Shown: piece after piece, positions 1 through 8,688 of the stretch
How the letters are laid out: each line of letters begins with the position of its first letter
How positions within the stretch are numbered: the stretch's first letter is position 1
Origin: a virus
Virus record (IMG/VR): IMGVR_UViG_3300021958_000038
DNA: 64,000 bases
Direction: 5' to 3' (one strand)
Program-made: the position numbers and the translations under genes
The notes under the pieces: generated by a model
Databases searched by the model: none
What the model was told of the DNA's origin: nothing
Seen by the model: the letters and a program-made list of their open reading frames with translations, nothing else

Positions 1-133
1 CTTCTTTTACTGAGACTGCACCATAAGTTACGATGACATCTGCATACTTTCCTTTTTGAATTTTAATTCCATAAAACTCAGAACCTGGATGTTCGACCAT
101 AGTGAATGTTCCAGAATCTATACTATTATACAC
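1..133 (-). CDS. Partial small protein, gp40-like head-vertex assembly chaperone (runs off window edge)
   Basis: Open frame from GTG at 133: VYNSIDSGTFTMVEHPGSEFYGIKIQKGKYADVIVTYGAVSVKE; position directly after uvsX matches the T4 order uvsX-40-41. Confidence 0.5.
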   Translation of the reverse strand, partial: MYNSIDSGTFTMVEHPGSEFYGIKIQKGKYADVIVTYGAVSVKE

Positions 134-153
134 TATTTTGGTCCTCTTGTACA
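125..153 (-). promoter_or_regulatory. Early/middle-type promoter TGTACA-N17-TATAAT (within uvsX 3' end)
   Basis: tgtaca agaggaccaaaatagtg tataat. Confidence 0.6.
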
Positions 154-1196
154 GTGTCTGGGTCAATCTCTACATCTAGTAATGGTTTATGACCTATTGA
201 ATAGTATGTCTTAACAAACTCTTTAAAATCTGTTTCTTCTAAAACTGGTTTCCAAAACGCTTCAGTTAGAGTATCTTTTTCTCTTACTTTTGGTTCAACA
301 ATTTCACCAGTTTCTCTATCGACTCTAGCATACCAGCCAACATTTGGTTTTACTACATAACCACCTGCCATGGCAACATCGAGCATTCCGCCATATTCTG
401 AAATACCACCTTCCCATGTAACTGATACTGGAATCTTAGATTTTTCTTTTACAAACCTAGATTTCTCAACATTAATCACAAAGTTATAGCCTTTAATTTC
501 GCCTGACTTTTTCTGTTGTTGTCTTCCAATAATCCAAATATTATCAGCTGAGTAATAGATGCCTGTTCCGCCTGAAACAATTGCTTTAGGGAATAAGCCA
601 ATCTCTTGATAAGTATGATTAACAGCAAGTAAAGGGATATTCTTCATAGTTAAATAAGGAGTGACCATTCTGAATAGTCCCTTTAATGCTTTTGCTCTTG
701 ACATATCTGCAACTGATTTTTCATTCTTAGCATCTTCAAGTTCTTTCTTAGATGCAAGGTTACCAATAGAATCAATAACAATAATAACATTATCTTTTCT
801 GTCGATATTATCTAATTGATTTACGATATCAAATTTGAGTTCTTCAACATCTGTAATTGGTGTGTGTAAAACTCTAGATGTATCAATACCAAATGCTTCA
901 AAATAGGATTGTGGTGAACCAAACTCTGAATCATAGAATAACAATACAGCATCATCATGTTCTTTTAGATAAGCAGCTGCCATCAATAATGCAAATGATG
1001 TTTTAAAATGTTTACTTGGACCAGCAAGAACTGTAAGTCCAGATGATAATCCACCATCAATATCGCCTGATAAAGCAACATTAATCATTGGAACTGGTGT
1101 TGTAACCATATCCTTTTCTGTAAAGAAATGTGAATCTTGTAGAATTTGTGTTTCTTTAATTCTACTATTCTTTTTAAGTTTATCCATTACGCCCAT
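126..1196 (-). CDS. uvsX: RecA-like recombinase UvsX
   Basis: Walker A GPSKHFKT, FYDSEFG, IDSIGNLASKKE and SGGTGIYYSAD motifs of T4 UvsX. Confidence 0.97.
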   Translation of the reverse strand: MGVMDKLKKNSRIKETQILQDSHFFTEKDMVTTPVPMINVALSGDIDGGLSSGLTVLAGPSKHFKTSFALLMAAAYLKEHDDAVLLFYDSEFGSPQSYFEAFGIDTSRVLHTPITDVEELKFDIVNQLDNIDRKDNVIIVIDSIGNLASKKELEDAKNEKSVADMSRAKALKGLFRMVTPYLTMKNIPLLAVNHTYQEIGLFPKAIVSGGTGIYYSADNIWIIGRQQQKKSGEIKGYNFVINVEKSRFVKEKSKIPVSVTWEGGISEYGGMLDVAMAGGYVVKPNVGWYARVDRETGEIVEPKVREKDTLTEAFWKPVLEETDFKEFVKTYYSIGHKPLLDVEIDPDTVQEDQNSV

Positions 1197-1453
1197 TATT
1201 TTCTCCTATTTCTATATGTGCCGGGGTTATTTTGCCTTTCGTACTTACGCCATCTGGCAACGGCCTCTTTTTTCTTTCTTATTCGCTTCTGGTTTGGTTT
1301 TTCATAAAATTCTCTTGCGCGAACTTCTTGAACAATACCTGCTCTTTCACATTGTTTTTTAAATTTTCTTAAAGCAACATCAAATGGCATTGGCTTAGCT
1401 GGCCTTTTGTCTCTTGGATGTCTATTCCGAGGTGTTAAATCTACTTTAGGCAA
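1196..1453 (-). CDS. rpsU: Phage-encoded 30S ribosomal protein bS21
   Basis: [36 protein letters not shown] matches the bS21 signature. Confidence 0.92.
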   Translation of the reverse strand: MPKVDLTPRNRHPRDKRPAKPMPFDVALRKFKKQCERAGIVQEVRAREFYEKPNQKRIRKKKEAVARWRKYERQNNPGTYRNRRK

Positions 1454-1967
1454 CGAAATCCTCCCCTGGTTCCCAACTGCATCCAGTTAGTCCTCCAGCC
1501 TGAAGTGCCTTTAGTGTTCTCAATACTTCTTGTGCATTTCTGCCAGTATCGAGTGCGTTGACTGACACGTGTTGGATAACACTGTTTTTATCAATGATAA
1601 AGGTTGCTCTATAGCAAACACCTTCTGCTTCATTAACAATACCTAGTGCGTGGCTTAAACCTAAACCACAATCAGCTGCAAGTGGATGCTGAATACTTCC
1701 TATTAGCTCGTTGTCTTTTTTCCAAGCTAATTTACAGAACTCATTATCACCGCTGATTCCGATGACATTTGCATCATCGTTTAATGCATCCATTGCCGCA
1801 ATCTCAGTTGGACAAATGAATGTAAAATCTTTAGGATAGAAATAAACTACAGTCCAATCTTTTTTCAAAGGTTCATAACTGCTACTTACATCTACACTAA
1901 TGAATTCGTTATCTTTTGAAATACCCTGTAAATTGAATTCAGGGAATTTATTTCCTACAGTTAACAT
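1446..1967 (-). CDS. ahpC: Peroxiredoxin (AhpC/Prx1 type)
   Basis: [15 protein letters not shown] peroxidatic Cys motif, RATFIID, GRN.QEVLR, C-terminal Cys in GLTGCSW. Confidence 0.93.
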   Translation of the reverse strand: MLTVGNKFPEFNLQGISKDNEFISVDVSSSYEPLKKDWTVVYFYPKDFTFICPTEIAAMDALNDDANVIGISGDNEFCKLAWKKDNELIGSIQHPLAADCGLGLSHALGIVNEAEGVCYRATFIIDKNSVIQHVSVNALDTGRNAQEVLRTLKALQAGGLTGCSWEPGEDFVA

Positions 1968-1990
1968 AGTTTTCTCCTATTAATGTGTAT

Positions 1991-2019
1991 ATTATACCAT
2001 ACTTTAACCATTTTGTACA
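1991..2019 (-). promoter_or_regulatory. Promoter TGTACA-N17-TATAAT upstream of ahpC
   Basis: tgtaca aaatggttaaagtatgg tataat. Confidence 0.75.
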
Positions 2020-2837
2020 TGGTTAAATTGAATATTTTGCTCTTTTTCTCTTTCGTCCCTATCATATTGTGACCTATATTCATTATTAATCTCAATCGCT
2101 TTAGCCAAAAGAGTTAGTTTATCGCTAAACTTAGAAAATGCTAAAGTGTCTTTAGGGAAACATGCTCCGCCATAACCTTGTTTTCCATCGTATCCTGGAA
2201 CCTTGGTATGCGAAATACTTACTCTATCGTCAGCACCTACGGCTTTAATAATTTTATTAAAGTTTACATCGCCGTATTGATTACATGCATCGTATAGCTG
2301 ATTAAAGAATGTTACTTTTGTAGATAAGAATGAATTAATAGCATATTTTACAAAACTTGCTTCTGCTTTATTCATTTTATAAACTGGACAAGGTGAACAT
2401 AAACTAAAAGTTTCATAATAGTACTCTAGTTTCTCAGCTTGAGCTTGTAATCCGCCAATAATGTGAAACTCTGGATTTACGAATTGTTCACATGCTGACT
2501 TTTCAGTTAGAAACTCTGGATTATAAAGTACATTTACTTGATTGTATTTATCAATTGTACTTGGTGTAATAGTAGATTTAATTACAATCATACTTGTCAA
2601 TTCTTTTAAATTTTCCATTACACTATCTAAAATAGTTGTATCAATATCACCATCTTCTGCCATAGGTGTTGGTACACAAACAAAAGTTAAATGTGGTTTC
2701 CAATCTACTAACTGTTGTTGGTCAATACCATCATGACCATATTTTGGGTCGAGTATTTTTTTCTCTACTGTGGGATTACTAAATCCATAATCAACAGCTT
2801 TTCCTACAAAGCCGTGTCCAATAATTGCGATTCTCAT
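2004..2837 (-). CDS. UDP-glucose/GDP-mannose 6-dehydrogenase family protein (short form)
   Basis: GHGFVG Rossmann motif, CVPTP, IKST, NPEFL, K..N helix and catalytic GYGGACFPKD; only 277 aa. Confidence 0.9.
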   Translation of the reverse strand: MRIAIIGHGFVGKAVDYGFSNPTVEKKILDPKYGHDGIDQQQLVDWKPHLTFVCVPTPMAEDGDIDTTILDSVMENLKELTSMIVIKSTITPSTIDKYNQVNVLYNPEFLTEKSACEQFVNPEFHIIGGLQAQAEKLEYYYETFSLCSPCPVYKMNKAEASFVKYAINSFLSTKVTFFNQLYDACNQYGDVNFNKIIKAVGADDRVSISHTKVPGYDGKQGYGGACFPKDTLAFSKFSDKLTLLAKAIEINNEYRSQYDRDEREKEQNIQFNHVQNG

Positions 2838-3619
2838 TTTTCCTCCATAATAAAATGTTTAGGTTTCCAACCAAGTTCCATGAGCTCTTTTGGATTAGCA
2901 CATGTATCTTGTCTTTCCCCTGTTACTTCTTTAATTGGTAAATTATTATCTGGCCAAATTTTATCTGCCATTTCTTTTACTGATACTGGTCTACCATTAC
3001 CAACATCAATTGCCTTATGTTTAGCTAATTTATTATAGTTTCTTATACAAAGATGAATTGCACTACAAACATCTTCAACATGTGTCCAATCTCTTGTATG
3101 GTTTGTAAGATATGTAATTTTTGGATTTTTTTCTTCTAGGTTTCTATATAACATATCTGTTCTACTATTTGGCCCATATACTGTGTGAAATCTTAATCCT
3201 AATGAACTATAAGGTGCAATTGCTTCCATAGCTTTTTTACTTGCAGCATAAGGAGATAACCACCATTCATAAATTGATGAAGATGATGCATATACAATTG
3301 GAAGATGATTACGTTCACAAGCATCAAAAATCTTTTTAGATGCGTCAACATTAACTTCCCAGAATTCTTCTGGTATTTCATGCGACCTTCGTACTCCAGC
3401 CATTGCAGCTAAATGAATTACCATATCGTATTTTTTAGCTGATAAATCTTCGTCAAAATCTCTAATGTCTCCCATGTATTCAGTGATGTCATAAGTATCT
3501 TTGTAATTATCTAAAAAGTAATTAGCAATAAATCCTTTACGATATCCTCTTGTACCAGTTAGTAAAATTCTAATTTTATAATTGTTTACTTTATGCATGT
3601 GATAACCTTTTCCTTTCAT
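2834..3619 (-). CDS. NAD-dependent epimerase/dehydratase (extended SDR)
   Basis: LLTG...GFI, HLAAMAGV, YASSSS, SPYAASK (YxxxK), LRFHTVYGP, RDWTHVED. Confidence 0.88.
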   Translation of the reverse strand: MKGKGYHMHKVNNYKIRILLTGTRGYRKGFIANYFLDNYKDTYDITEYMGDIRDFDEDLSAKKYDMVIHLAAMAGVRRSHEIPEEFWEVNVDASKKIFDACERNHLPIVYASSSSIYEWWLSPYAASKKAMEAIAPYSSLGLRFHTVYGPNSRTDMLYRNLEEKNPKITYLTNHTRDWTHVEDVCSAIHLCIRNYNKLAKHKAIDVGNGRPVSVKEMADKIWPDNNLPIKEVTGERQDTCANPKELMELGWKPKHFIMEEK

Positions 3620-4842
3620 AGAAACGCCTCCAAACTATTTTCATCTCTTTTATAATCTACTTTCCTAGCTAAATTATTTTGAAATAAATATGATGTTTCA
3701 ATTAAATCTCTTTTATTTTCCAATACTGCTTTAACTTCTGTTGCCATATCCTTTGCTGTATTAAATGGTACATTTTGACAGATATGATTATAATTTTTCA
3801 TTGGGTCAATAACTTCTAAGCTATCTGGTAATCCCATAATAGCTTTTGCTTCAGCTATATTTAGATACCTATCTTCAGTTGGATGAGCTACTACTTTTGG
3901 TAAATGTACAACAAATGCTCCAATATAATTCACTGGAATAATTGTACCTCTCAACATGATGTTTCCACCTGCTTCTAATTTTGCATGTTTACGTCTAGCT
4001 TTAGCTGCTTCTCTTTCAAACTCTGGGAATTGGTCCATCCACTCAGCAATTGTTCCATGTTTAATTCCCATTTTCATTAACCTAGACTCAATAGTAACTG
4101 ATTTTTCTTCATGAGCTACAGATGCAGAATATTCAGCATGAGTCATTCCACCTTGTACAACTTCTAGCATATATTTGTAATATGGGTCATCTTGACTTGG
4201 TATCTTTTTATTTAATACTTCAGTTTGAAAATTACTTTTTACATTTAAAAGTAACTCTTGAATAGTTGGTCTTTCTTTATCAAAGTAATTTAATACTGGA
4301 ATCCTATCTTGGAAATGTTCTTTATCCCAGAAAAAGAAAAATGTTCTTTTACGATATTGTGGATTGCCATGATTTAAACTTTTAGTAAGATAAATGGAGA
4401 AGTTGTACCCATTTTCTTGGCCAAGATGGTACAACTTCTCTCTCATGAATGCACCAATTTTTCCAGCCAGACCTGGTGCATTCTCTCCCCACAGTACTTT
4501 TGGTCTGACGTGTTTCAAAACATACTCAGATGATTTTTCCATCCATTGATTATTTTCGTTTTGCTCTCCGTGCGAATTGTGATAAGTACTTAAACCTGCA
4601 CATGGACATACAGATGAAACAACGTCCACCTTTTTAGTTTTGTGAAGTGGATTTGTAAATCCCTCTTCATCGAGAACATAATATGGAACATCAACATTAT
4701 TATCTTTATAGTGTTTAATGAGATGTTCTTCATTACCCATAAACCCAGAATATGTCATTAGATATTCTGGTGTTTTTCCATAAGCTTCATCTGAAGCTAA
4801 AATTTCTCCACCAATTAGTGGAACTATACCTGCATGTTTCAT
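3616..4842 (-). CDS. C5-cytosine DNA methyltransferase-like protein
   Basis: Motif IV CPCAGLS, motif VI ENAPG, motif VIII QYRKRTF, motif IX HPTEDRYL and motif X QNVP; motif I atypical (IVPLIGG). Confidence 0.82.
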   Translation of the reverse strand: MKHAGIVPLIGGEILASDEAYGKTPEYLMTYSGFMGNEEHLIKHYKDNNVDVPYYVLDEEGFTNPLHKTKKVDVVSSVCPCAGLSTYHNSHGEQNENNQWMEKSSEYVLKHVRPKVLWGENAPGLAGKIGAFMREKLYHLGQENGYNFSIYLTKSLNHGNPQYRKRTFFFFWDKEHFQDRIPVLNYFDKERPTIQELLLNVKSNFQTEVLNKKIPSQDDPYYKYMLEVVQGGMTHAEYSASVAHEEKSVTIESRLMKMGIKHGTIAEWMDQFPEFEREAAKARRKHAKLEAGGNIMLRGTIIPVNYIGAFVVHLPKVVAHPTEDRYLNIAEAKAIMGLPDSLEVIDPMKNYNHICQNVPFNTAKDMATEVKAVLENKRDLIETSYLFQNNLARKVDYKRDENSLEAFL

Positions 4843-5672
4843 CCGAAAAACTCCTCCAAAGAATTAGATTCCTTTGCTTTAATTGCATCTTTATAAGCTT
4901 TTGACCATTGAATATGACAAGTAATTCGTTCCTCGCCTTTCCATGGACCATTAGCTAGTGTTTTTGTTTTTAGTGAAACATAGTCTGGGTACATTTCAGC
5001 AAGTTTTCTGTGTACCTCATTACTTAGTTCAACTGTTCTATATTCTGAACATCCGCCTTTTGCATTTGTAGCAGAAATAGAAACTCTATATCTTGTTGTA
5101 ATTCTATTTGCAAAGCCTTGTGTTAACAACTGTAAGTTTGCATGGAAATCTTGCGATGTAGGTAATTTATCCCACACAATATTTCTTGGTAAATTTTTAG
5201 AATCAAAATAAGAATTAGTCATAATCCTTACATTGTTCTGATGTGGCCAATATTTTAAATCTGGTACAACCCAAGATGTTGAGAATCCGCCATGATAAAT
5301 TTGCTCTTCGTCCATCCATTTATTAAATGTATTGAAAGCATCATCAAACTCTTCTCCTGTCATATCCCTAGTTTCCCATTTGGTATCTAGGTGCTCTGGT
5401 GCTGGGCCTTTGTATTTAAAGTACTCCATGTCATCGTCGAGTACCATGTGCCTAGTGCCATAAAATTCATCCCAAATCCATTGTCTAGTAGGTGATAAAC
5501 CTTTTACTGACTCTGGTAATGGTAATACTTTATCGCCATAGATGTCTCTCATTTCGTCAACCTCATGCGGTTGAACAGTAAATTTTACTTTTTCTTTCCA
5601 CTTATCAGGTAGATTATTATAAGTTTTTTGCTTATGGATTCTACCTAATGTAGGGATTATTAAATGTTCCAT
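4839..5672 (-). CDS. hmC-DNA glycosyltransferase-like protein (T2/T6 beta-glucosyl-HMC alpha-glucosyltransferase / TAGT-type GT-A)
   Basis: IPTLGR, TRQWI, MVLDDD (DxD), QDFHANLQLLTQG and AKGGCSEYR parallel the T2/T6 enzyme as recalled; adjacent to gp42 homolog. Confidence 0.75.
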   Translation of the reverse strand: MEHLIIPTLGRIHKQKTYNNLPDKWKEKVKFTVQPHEVDEMRDIYGDKVLPLPESVKGLSPTRQWIWDEFYGTRHMVLDDDMEYFKYKGPAPEHLDTKWETRDMTGEEFDDAFNTFNKWMDEEQIYHGGFSTSWVVPDLKYWPHQNNVRIMTNSYFDSKNLPRNIVWDKLPTSQDFHANLQLLTQGFANRITTRYRVSISATNAKGGCSEYRTVELSNEVHRKLAEMYPDYVSLKTKTLANGPWKGEERITCHIQWSKAYKDAIKAKESNSLEEFFG

Positions 5673-5968
5673 TATGCTCCTGATATAGTTCTGGCTAAAT
5701 TATTAATTAAAAACATTAATCCTACGCCATTTAATAGAATTAGTGCTCTATCTTTCCAAATAAAGGAAACAATTGTCCATAAAAATATACCGACAATCGA
5801 TAGATATAAATCGTAAATTTGCATACCTTCAACTCCTCGAATTGACATTGCAAATAAAACGAATGCAGATGCAATCCATTTTAAATACCAGTCAATTGTA
5901 TACTTGGGTGTTGCTGATTTGTAAATTCGTTTTGAATTTTTTAGCTCTTCTTTAGTGTATTCGCTCAT
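5672..5968 (-). CDS. Small membrane protein (about 3 TM helices), DUF6552-like
   Basis: Hydrophobic segments WYLKWIASAFVLFAM, LYLSIVGIFLWTIVSF, LILLNGVGLMFL; start moved to MSEY, which has an upstream GAGG. Confidence 0.6.
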   Translation of the reverse strand: MSEYTKEELKNSKRIYKSATPKYTIDWYLKWIASAFVLFAMSIRGVEGMQIYDLYLSIVGIFLWTIVSFIWKDRALILLNGVGLMFLINNLARTISGA

Positions 5969-6395
5969 AACTGATGTCTGCCTCACTTAATAATTCAATT
6001 GTTGTTTCGTTATGTTCTTTCCAAATATTTGGTACATCGTCTCCACATTCGTAAACTACTCTTTTGACTCCGACTTGAATTAATCCTTTTGCACATTCGC
6101 TACAAACCGGAAGCCCTGAAATATATATAGTAGCTCCTTGTAATGAAACTCCGTTAAATGTTGCATTGTAAATACAATTCATTTCTGCATGTACAACATA
6201 CTTATACTTTTCGTTTCTGTCATTATACCGATGGTCGCTATCTGCAATGCCTCTTGGAAATCCATTATAACCTTGAGCTAATACTTGTCCTTTTTCTCCG
6301 ATAGCAACTGCTCCAATTTGTTTACTTGGGTCCTTTGACCAAGAAGCAATTTCTTTAGCTAAACCAATATATCTTTTATCCCATTTATTTGACAA
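5952..6395 (-). CDS. cd: dCMP deaminase family protein
   Basis: GYNGFPRG, HAEMN and PVCSECAK zinc motifs; likely TTG start at 6395 with GAGG upstream. Confidence 0.9.
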   Translation of the reverse strand: MSNKWDKRYIGLAKEIASWSKDPSKQIGAVAIGEKGQVLAQGYNGFPRGIADSDHRYNDRNEKYKYVVHAEMNCIYNATFNGVSLQGATIYISGLPVCSECAKGLIQVGVKRVVYECGDDVPNIWKEHNETTIELLSEADISYERIH

Positions 6396-7095
6396 GGTTA
6401 AAGTGCCTCTCATACACATGTAAGTTTTGTACCTGCCAGTAAATATCACCAGCTTTTATAACATCGCCACTAAATGCTGAACCAGTTAATTTATTTAAAT
6501 CGTTTACCATTGTATCTCTAACATGTTTCTGCCATGCAAAGTCATTACGATAACCAAAGATAACATCGTTACTACGCATTTGAATAACGCAATCTAGGAA
6601 ACCATCACGAATATAATATGTTACAGCATTAGTACAAATGAAATCGTTTTTACCATTTTCTTTGTACTCAACCCAAATGCTTGGACGGTTGTAAACCATA
6701 CATGCTCTGCGAGAGTCTGGGTTTTTAATTAATTCGTCAAGTGCATTTTCATATTGTTCAAAGTATTTTTCACCATAGATTAGTAATCCATAATTAGAAT
6801 TGATTTCCCCATGTTTGTTTGCTGTATATAGCCATGCTTGCGGTGGTTCCATATCGTTACCTACAGCATCTACACCTCTGTTAATATCATAAATGTTTGT
6901 TGACTCAGAATCATACCATTCAATTTCTTGTTGAATATATATTTTGTTTGGAGTACCAAAGATAGCATCTTCATCTGCAATAAATGAAGCACCAATAAGT
7001 TCAATTGTCTTTTGACCTGTTTTATCAATAGTAAAATTTTCGTTACCTAGCTCATTTATAAAATGAGTTCTAATATCACTAACTGTCTGATGCAT
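6385..7095 (-). CDS. gp42: dCMP hydroxymethylase (T4 gp42-like, thymidylate synthase fold)
   Basis: DKTG.KTIELIGASF, EINSNYG, NPDSRR, DFICTN (catalytic Cys), MRSNDVIFGYRNDFAW (Asp = dCMP specificity), LHVYERHF; start at MHQTV. Confidence 0.9.
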   Translation of the reverse strand: MHQTVSDIRTHFINELGNENFTIDKTGQKTIELIGASFIADEDAIFGTPNKIYIQQEIEWYDSESTNIYDINRGVDAVGNDMEPPQAWLYTANKHGEINSNYGLLIYGEKYFEQYENALDELIKNPDSRRACMVYNRPSIWVEYKENGKNDFICTNAVTYYIRDGFLDCVIQMRSNDVIFGYRNDFAWQKHVRDTMVNDLNKLTGSAFSGDVIKAGDIYWQVQNLHVYERHFNLVK

Positions 7096-7420
7096 TTTTG
7101 CTCCTGTTGAAAATATCGTTGTTTGGATTCTGGCCTGAAATACCACCTCTGCAGTAAGCTACAAAGAATGATGAATAATTAATTAAATCTTTAGCTGAGT
7201 CTTCGAGTGATTCGAAGTTTGGTTGATAGTTATCAGATTGCATAGCTTCCATAACAGATAGCATTCTTAGCATTTTGGCATGCATAATGTCATGAATGGT
7301 TGTTACACCATTAGGATAATAGTCTGCTTGACTTATCTTGGAATTGGGATTCTGATAATCGTTGGATTTTTTAGTTTGTAATTCTGCGCATTCTTGCAGG
7401 ACTTTTAAAGATTCTTTCAT
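7079..7420 (-). CDS. Nucleotide-modification-associated domain protein (Nmad1/DUF1599-like, all-alpha NTP-PPase fold)
   Basis: KKSNDY, KMLRM and ESLEDSAKDLINYS pattern; translationally coupled to gp42. Confidence 0.6.
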   Translation of the reverse strand: MKESLKVLQECAELQTKKSNDYQNPNSKISQADYYPNGVTTIHDIMHAKMLRMLSVMEAMQSDNYQPNFESLEDSAKDLINYSSFFVAYCRGGISGQNPNNDIFNRSKNASDS

Positions 7421-7442
7421 AATAACTCCATAATTTAATAGT

Positions 7443-7471
7443 ATTATACCATAAACTCACGCAAATGTACA
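7443..7471 (-). promoter_or_regulatory. Promoter TGTACA-N17-TATAAT upstream of the modification cluster
   Basis: tgtaca tttgcgtgagtttatgg tataat. Confidence 0.75.
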
Positions 7472-7479
7472 GGGTTTTT

Positions 7480-7899
7480 TTATTTTTTTTCGTAAATAAT
7501 TCCCTGCTCATTAAGTGCTGCTCTATTCCATAGATGACCTTGTTCTGTATCATCTTTAGATTGTCCAAAATATGGCACTGCATGATGTTCATCAATTTGT
7601 TGTTGATTAATACTATATGAACTATCTCCAATAAAAAGTTCACCAAGTATTCTACCAAACTTACCTTTGTCATGCGATACCATTTGTATCTCTTGGTCTT
7701 TTAAAATTTTCTTTAAATTTGCTTTACTTGCTTTACCGTAAAATTTTTCTTCTAAATCACGAGTCCTAGATTCTGGAGTATCAATACCCATCATTCTAAC
7801 TCTTTGCTTTTTGTAAATCATTCCGAAGCCTAAATCGACATCAACGTCAATTGTATCTCCGTCAACAATTCTCGTAACATAAACTTTATATCTATACAT
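7480..7899 (-). CDS. Thermonuclease (SNase-like) nuclease
   Basis: RIVDGDTIDV, RVRMMGIDTPES, KGKFGRILGEL. Confidence 0.88.
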   Translation of the reverse strand: MYRYKVYVTRIVDGDTIDVDVDLGFGMIYKKQRVRMMGIDTPESRTRDLEEKFYGKASKANLKKILKDQEIQMVSHDKGKFGRILGELFIGDSSYSINQQQIDEHHAVPYFGQSKDDTEQGHLWNRAALNEQGIIYEKK

Positions 7900-8165
7900 T
7901 ATTCTTCTTCTCCTATAATTGCTCTAACATGTTCTGAACGAATTATTACAGCTGCATTTCCTTCTACATTTACTGGCATAGATTTAGACCAATCTAGGAA
8001 AACTCTTTGACCTCTTTTTAATTGGCTATTTGCTTCTGAACCTACTGATAGAACTAAACCAGGTTTACTTGCTTTATCAATTGATTCCGTTAATATAATT
8101 CCACCAGCTGATTGTTTATCTTCTGCAACTTCAGCTATTAATACATTGTCTGCTAACATTTTCAT
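7899..8165 (-). CDS. groES: GroES-like co-chaperonin
   Basis: LADNVLI, mobile loop SAGGIILT, GLVLSVG, GQRVFL; start at MKMLAD with AGGA upstream. Confidence 0.82.
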   Translation of the reverse strand: MKMLADNVLIAEVAEDKQSAGGIILTESIDKASKPGLVLSVGSEANSQLKRGQRVFLDWSKSMPVNVEGNAAVIIRSEHVRAIIGEEE

Positions 8166-8175
8166 AATTTTTTTC

Positions 8176-8688
8176 CTATTTGTAAAATATATGTTCATCA
8201 ATTTGAGTCACATATTCAAGTTGGTCTGCCCAATAAGGCAGAATGTAATCTGCATGATACCATAAGGCACCTTCAGTAATATCTTTATACTTTCCCGTCA
8301 ATGCTAAATCTGCAATATAAAGCGATTTAATCCAAGTCTTAGAATCAACCGGTTCATCAGATTTTCCATCACAATACCAACTAAATTGACACTGATTTCT
8401 AATTGGAACTTCATTGCCTTTCCAATTTGTGTATGTTTTAGCTTGATAAATTACACCGCATACTGTATTTGGGAACTGTAAATCTTCCATTCTATTTATA
8501 ACAACATGTGCTACAGCTAATTTACCAGCAAATGATTGATTTGCTGATTCAAAATAAATATTTTGTGCCATACAATATCTATCATAAGTTTCTTCTTCCT
8601 CACTTGCAAATACATGAGGTACACTTAAAATTGCTACAACCAATGCTGCAATCCATAGTGAAATTTTTCCATAATCCGGACTATTCAT
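8176..8688 (-). CDS. Cell wall hydrolase (SleB/Hydrolase_2 family) with N-terminal signal/TM segment
   Basis: CMAQNIYFES, AVAHVVINR, FPNTVCGVIYQ, CQFSWYCDGKSD, GALWYHADY, HIFY. Confidence 0.88.
   Translation of the reverse strand: MNSPDYGKISLWIAALVVAILSVPHVFASEEEETYDRYCMAQNIYFESANQSFAGKLAVAHVVINRMEDLQFPNTVCGVIYQAKTYTNWKGNEVPIRNQCQFSWYCDGKSDEPVDSKTWIKSLYIADLALTGKYKDITEGALWYHADYILPYWADQLEYVTQIDEHIFYK

Noticed and set aside
6385-7146. Calling the thymidylate-synthase-fold gene a thymidylate synthase
   Set aside because: Has Asp (RND) at the specificity position and gp42-like N-terminal motifs, indicating a dCMP substrate
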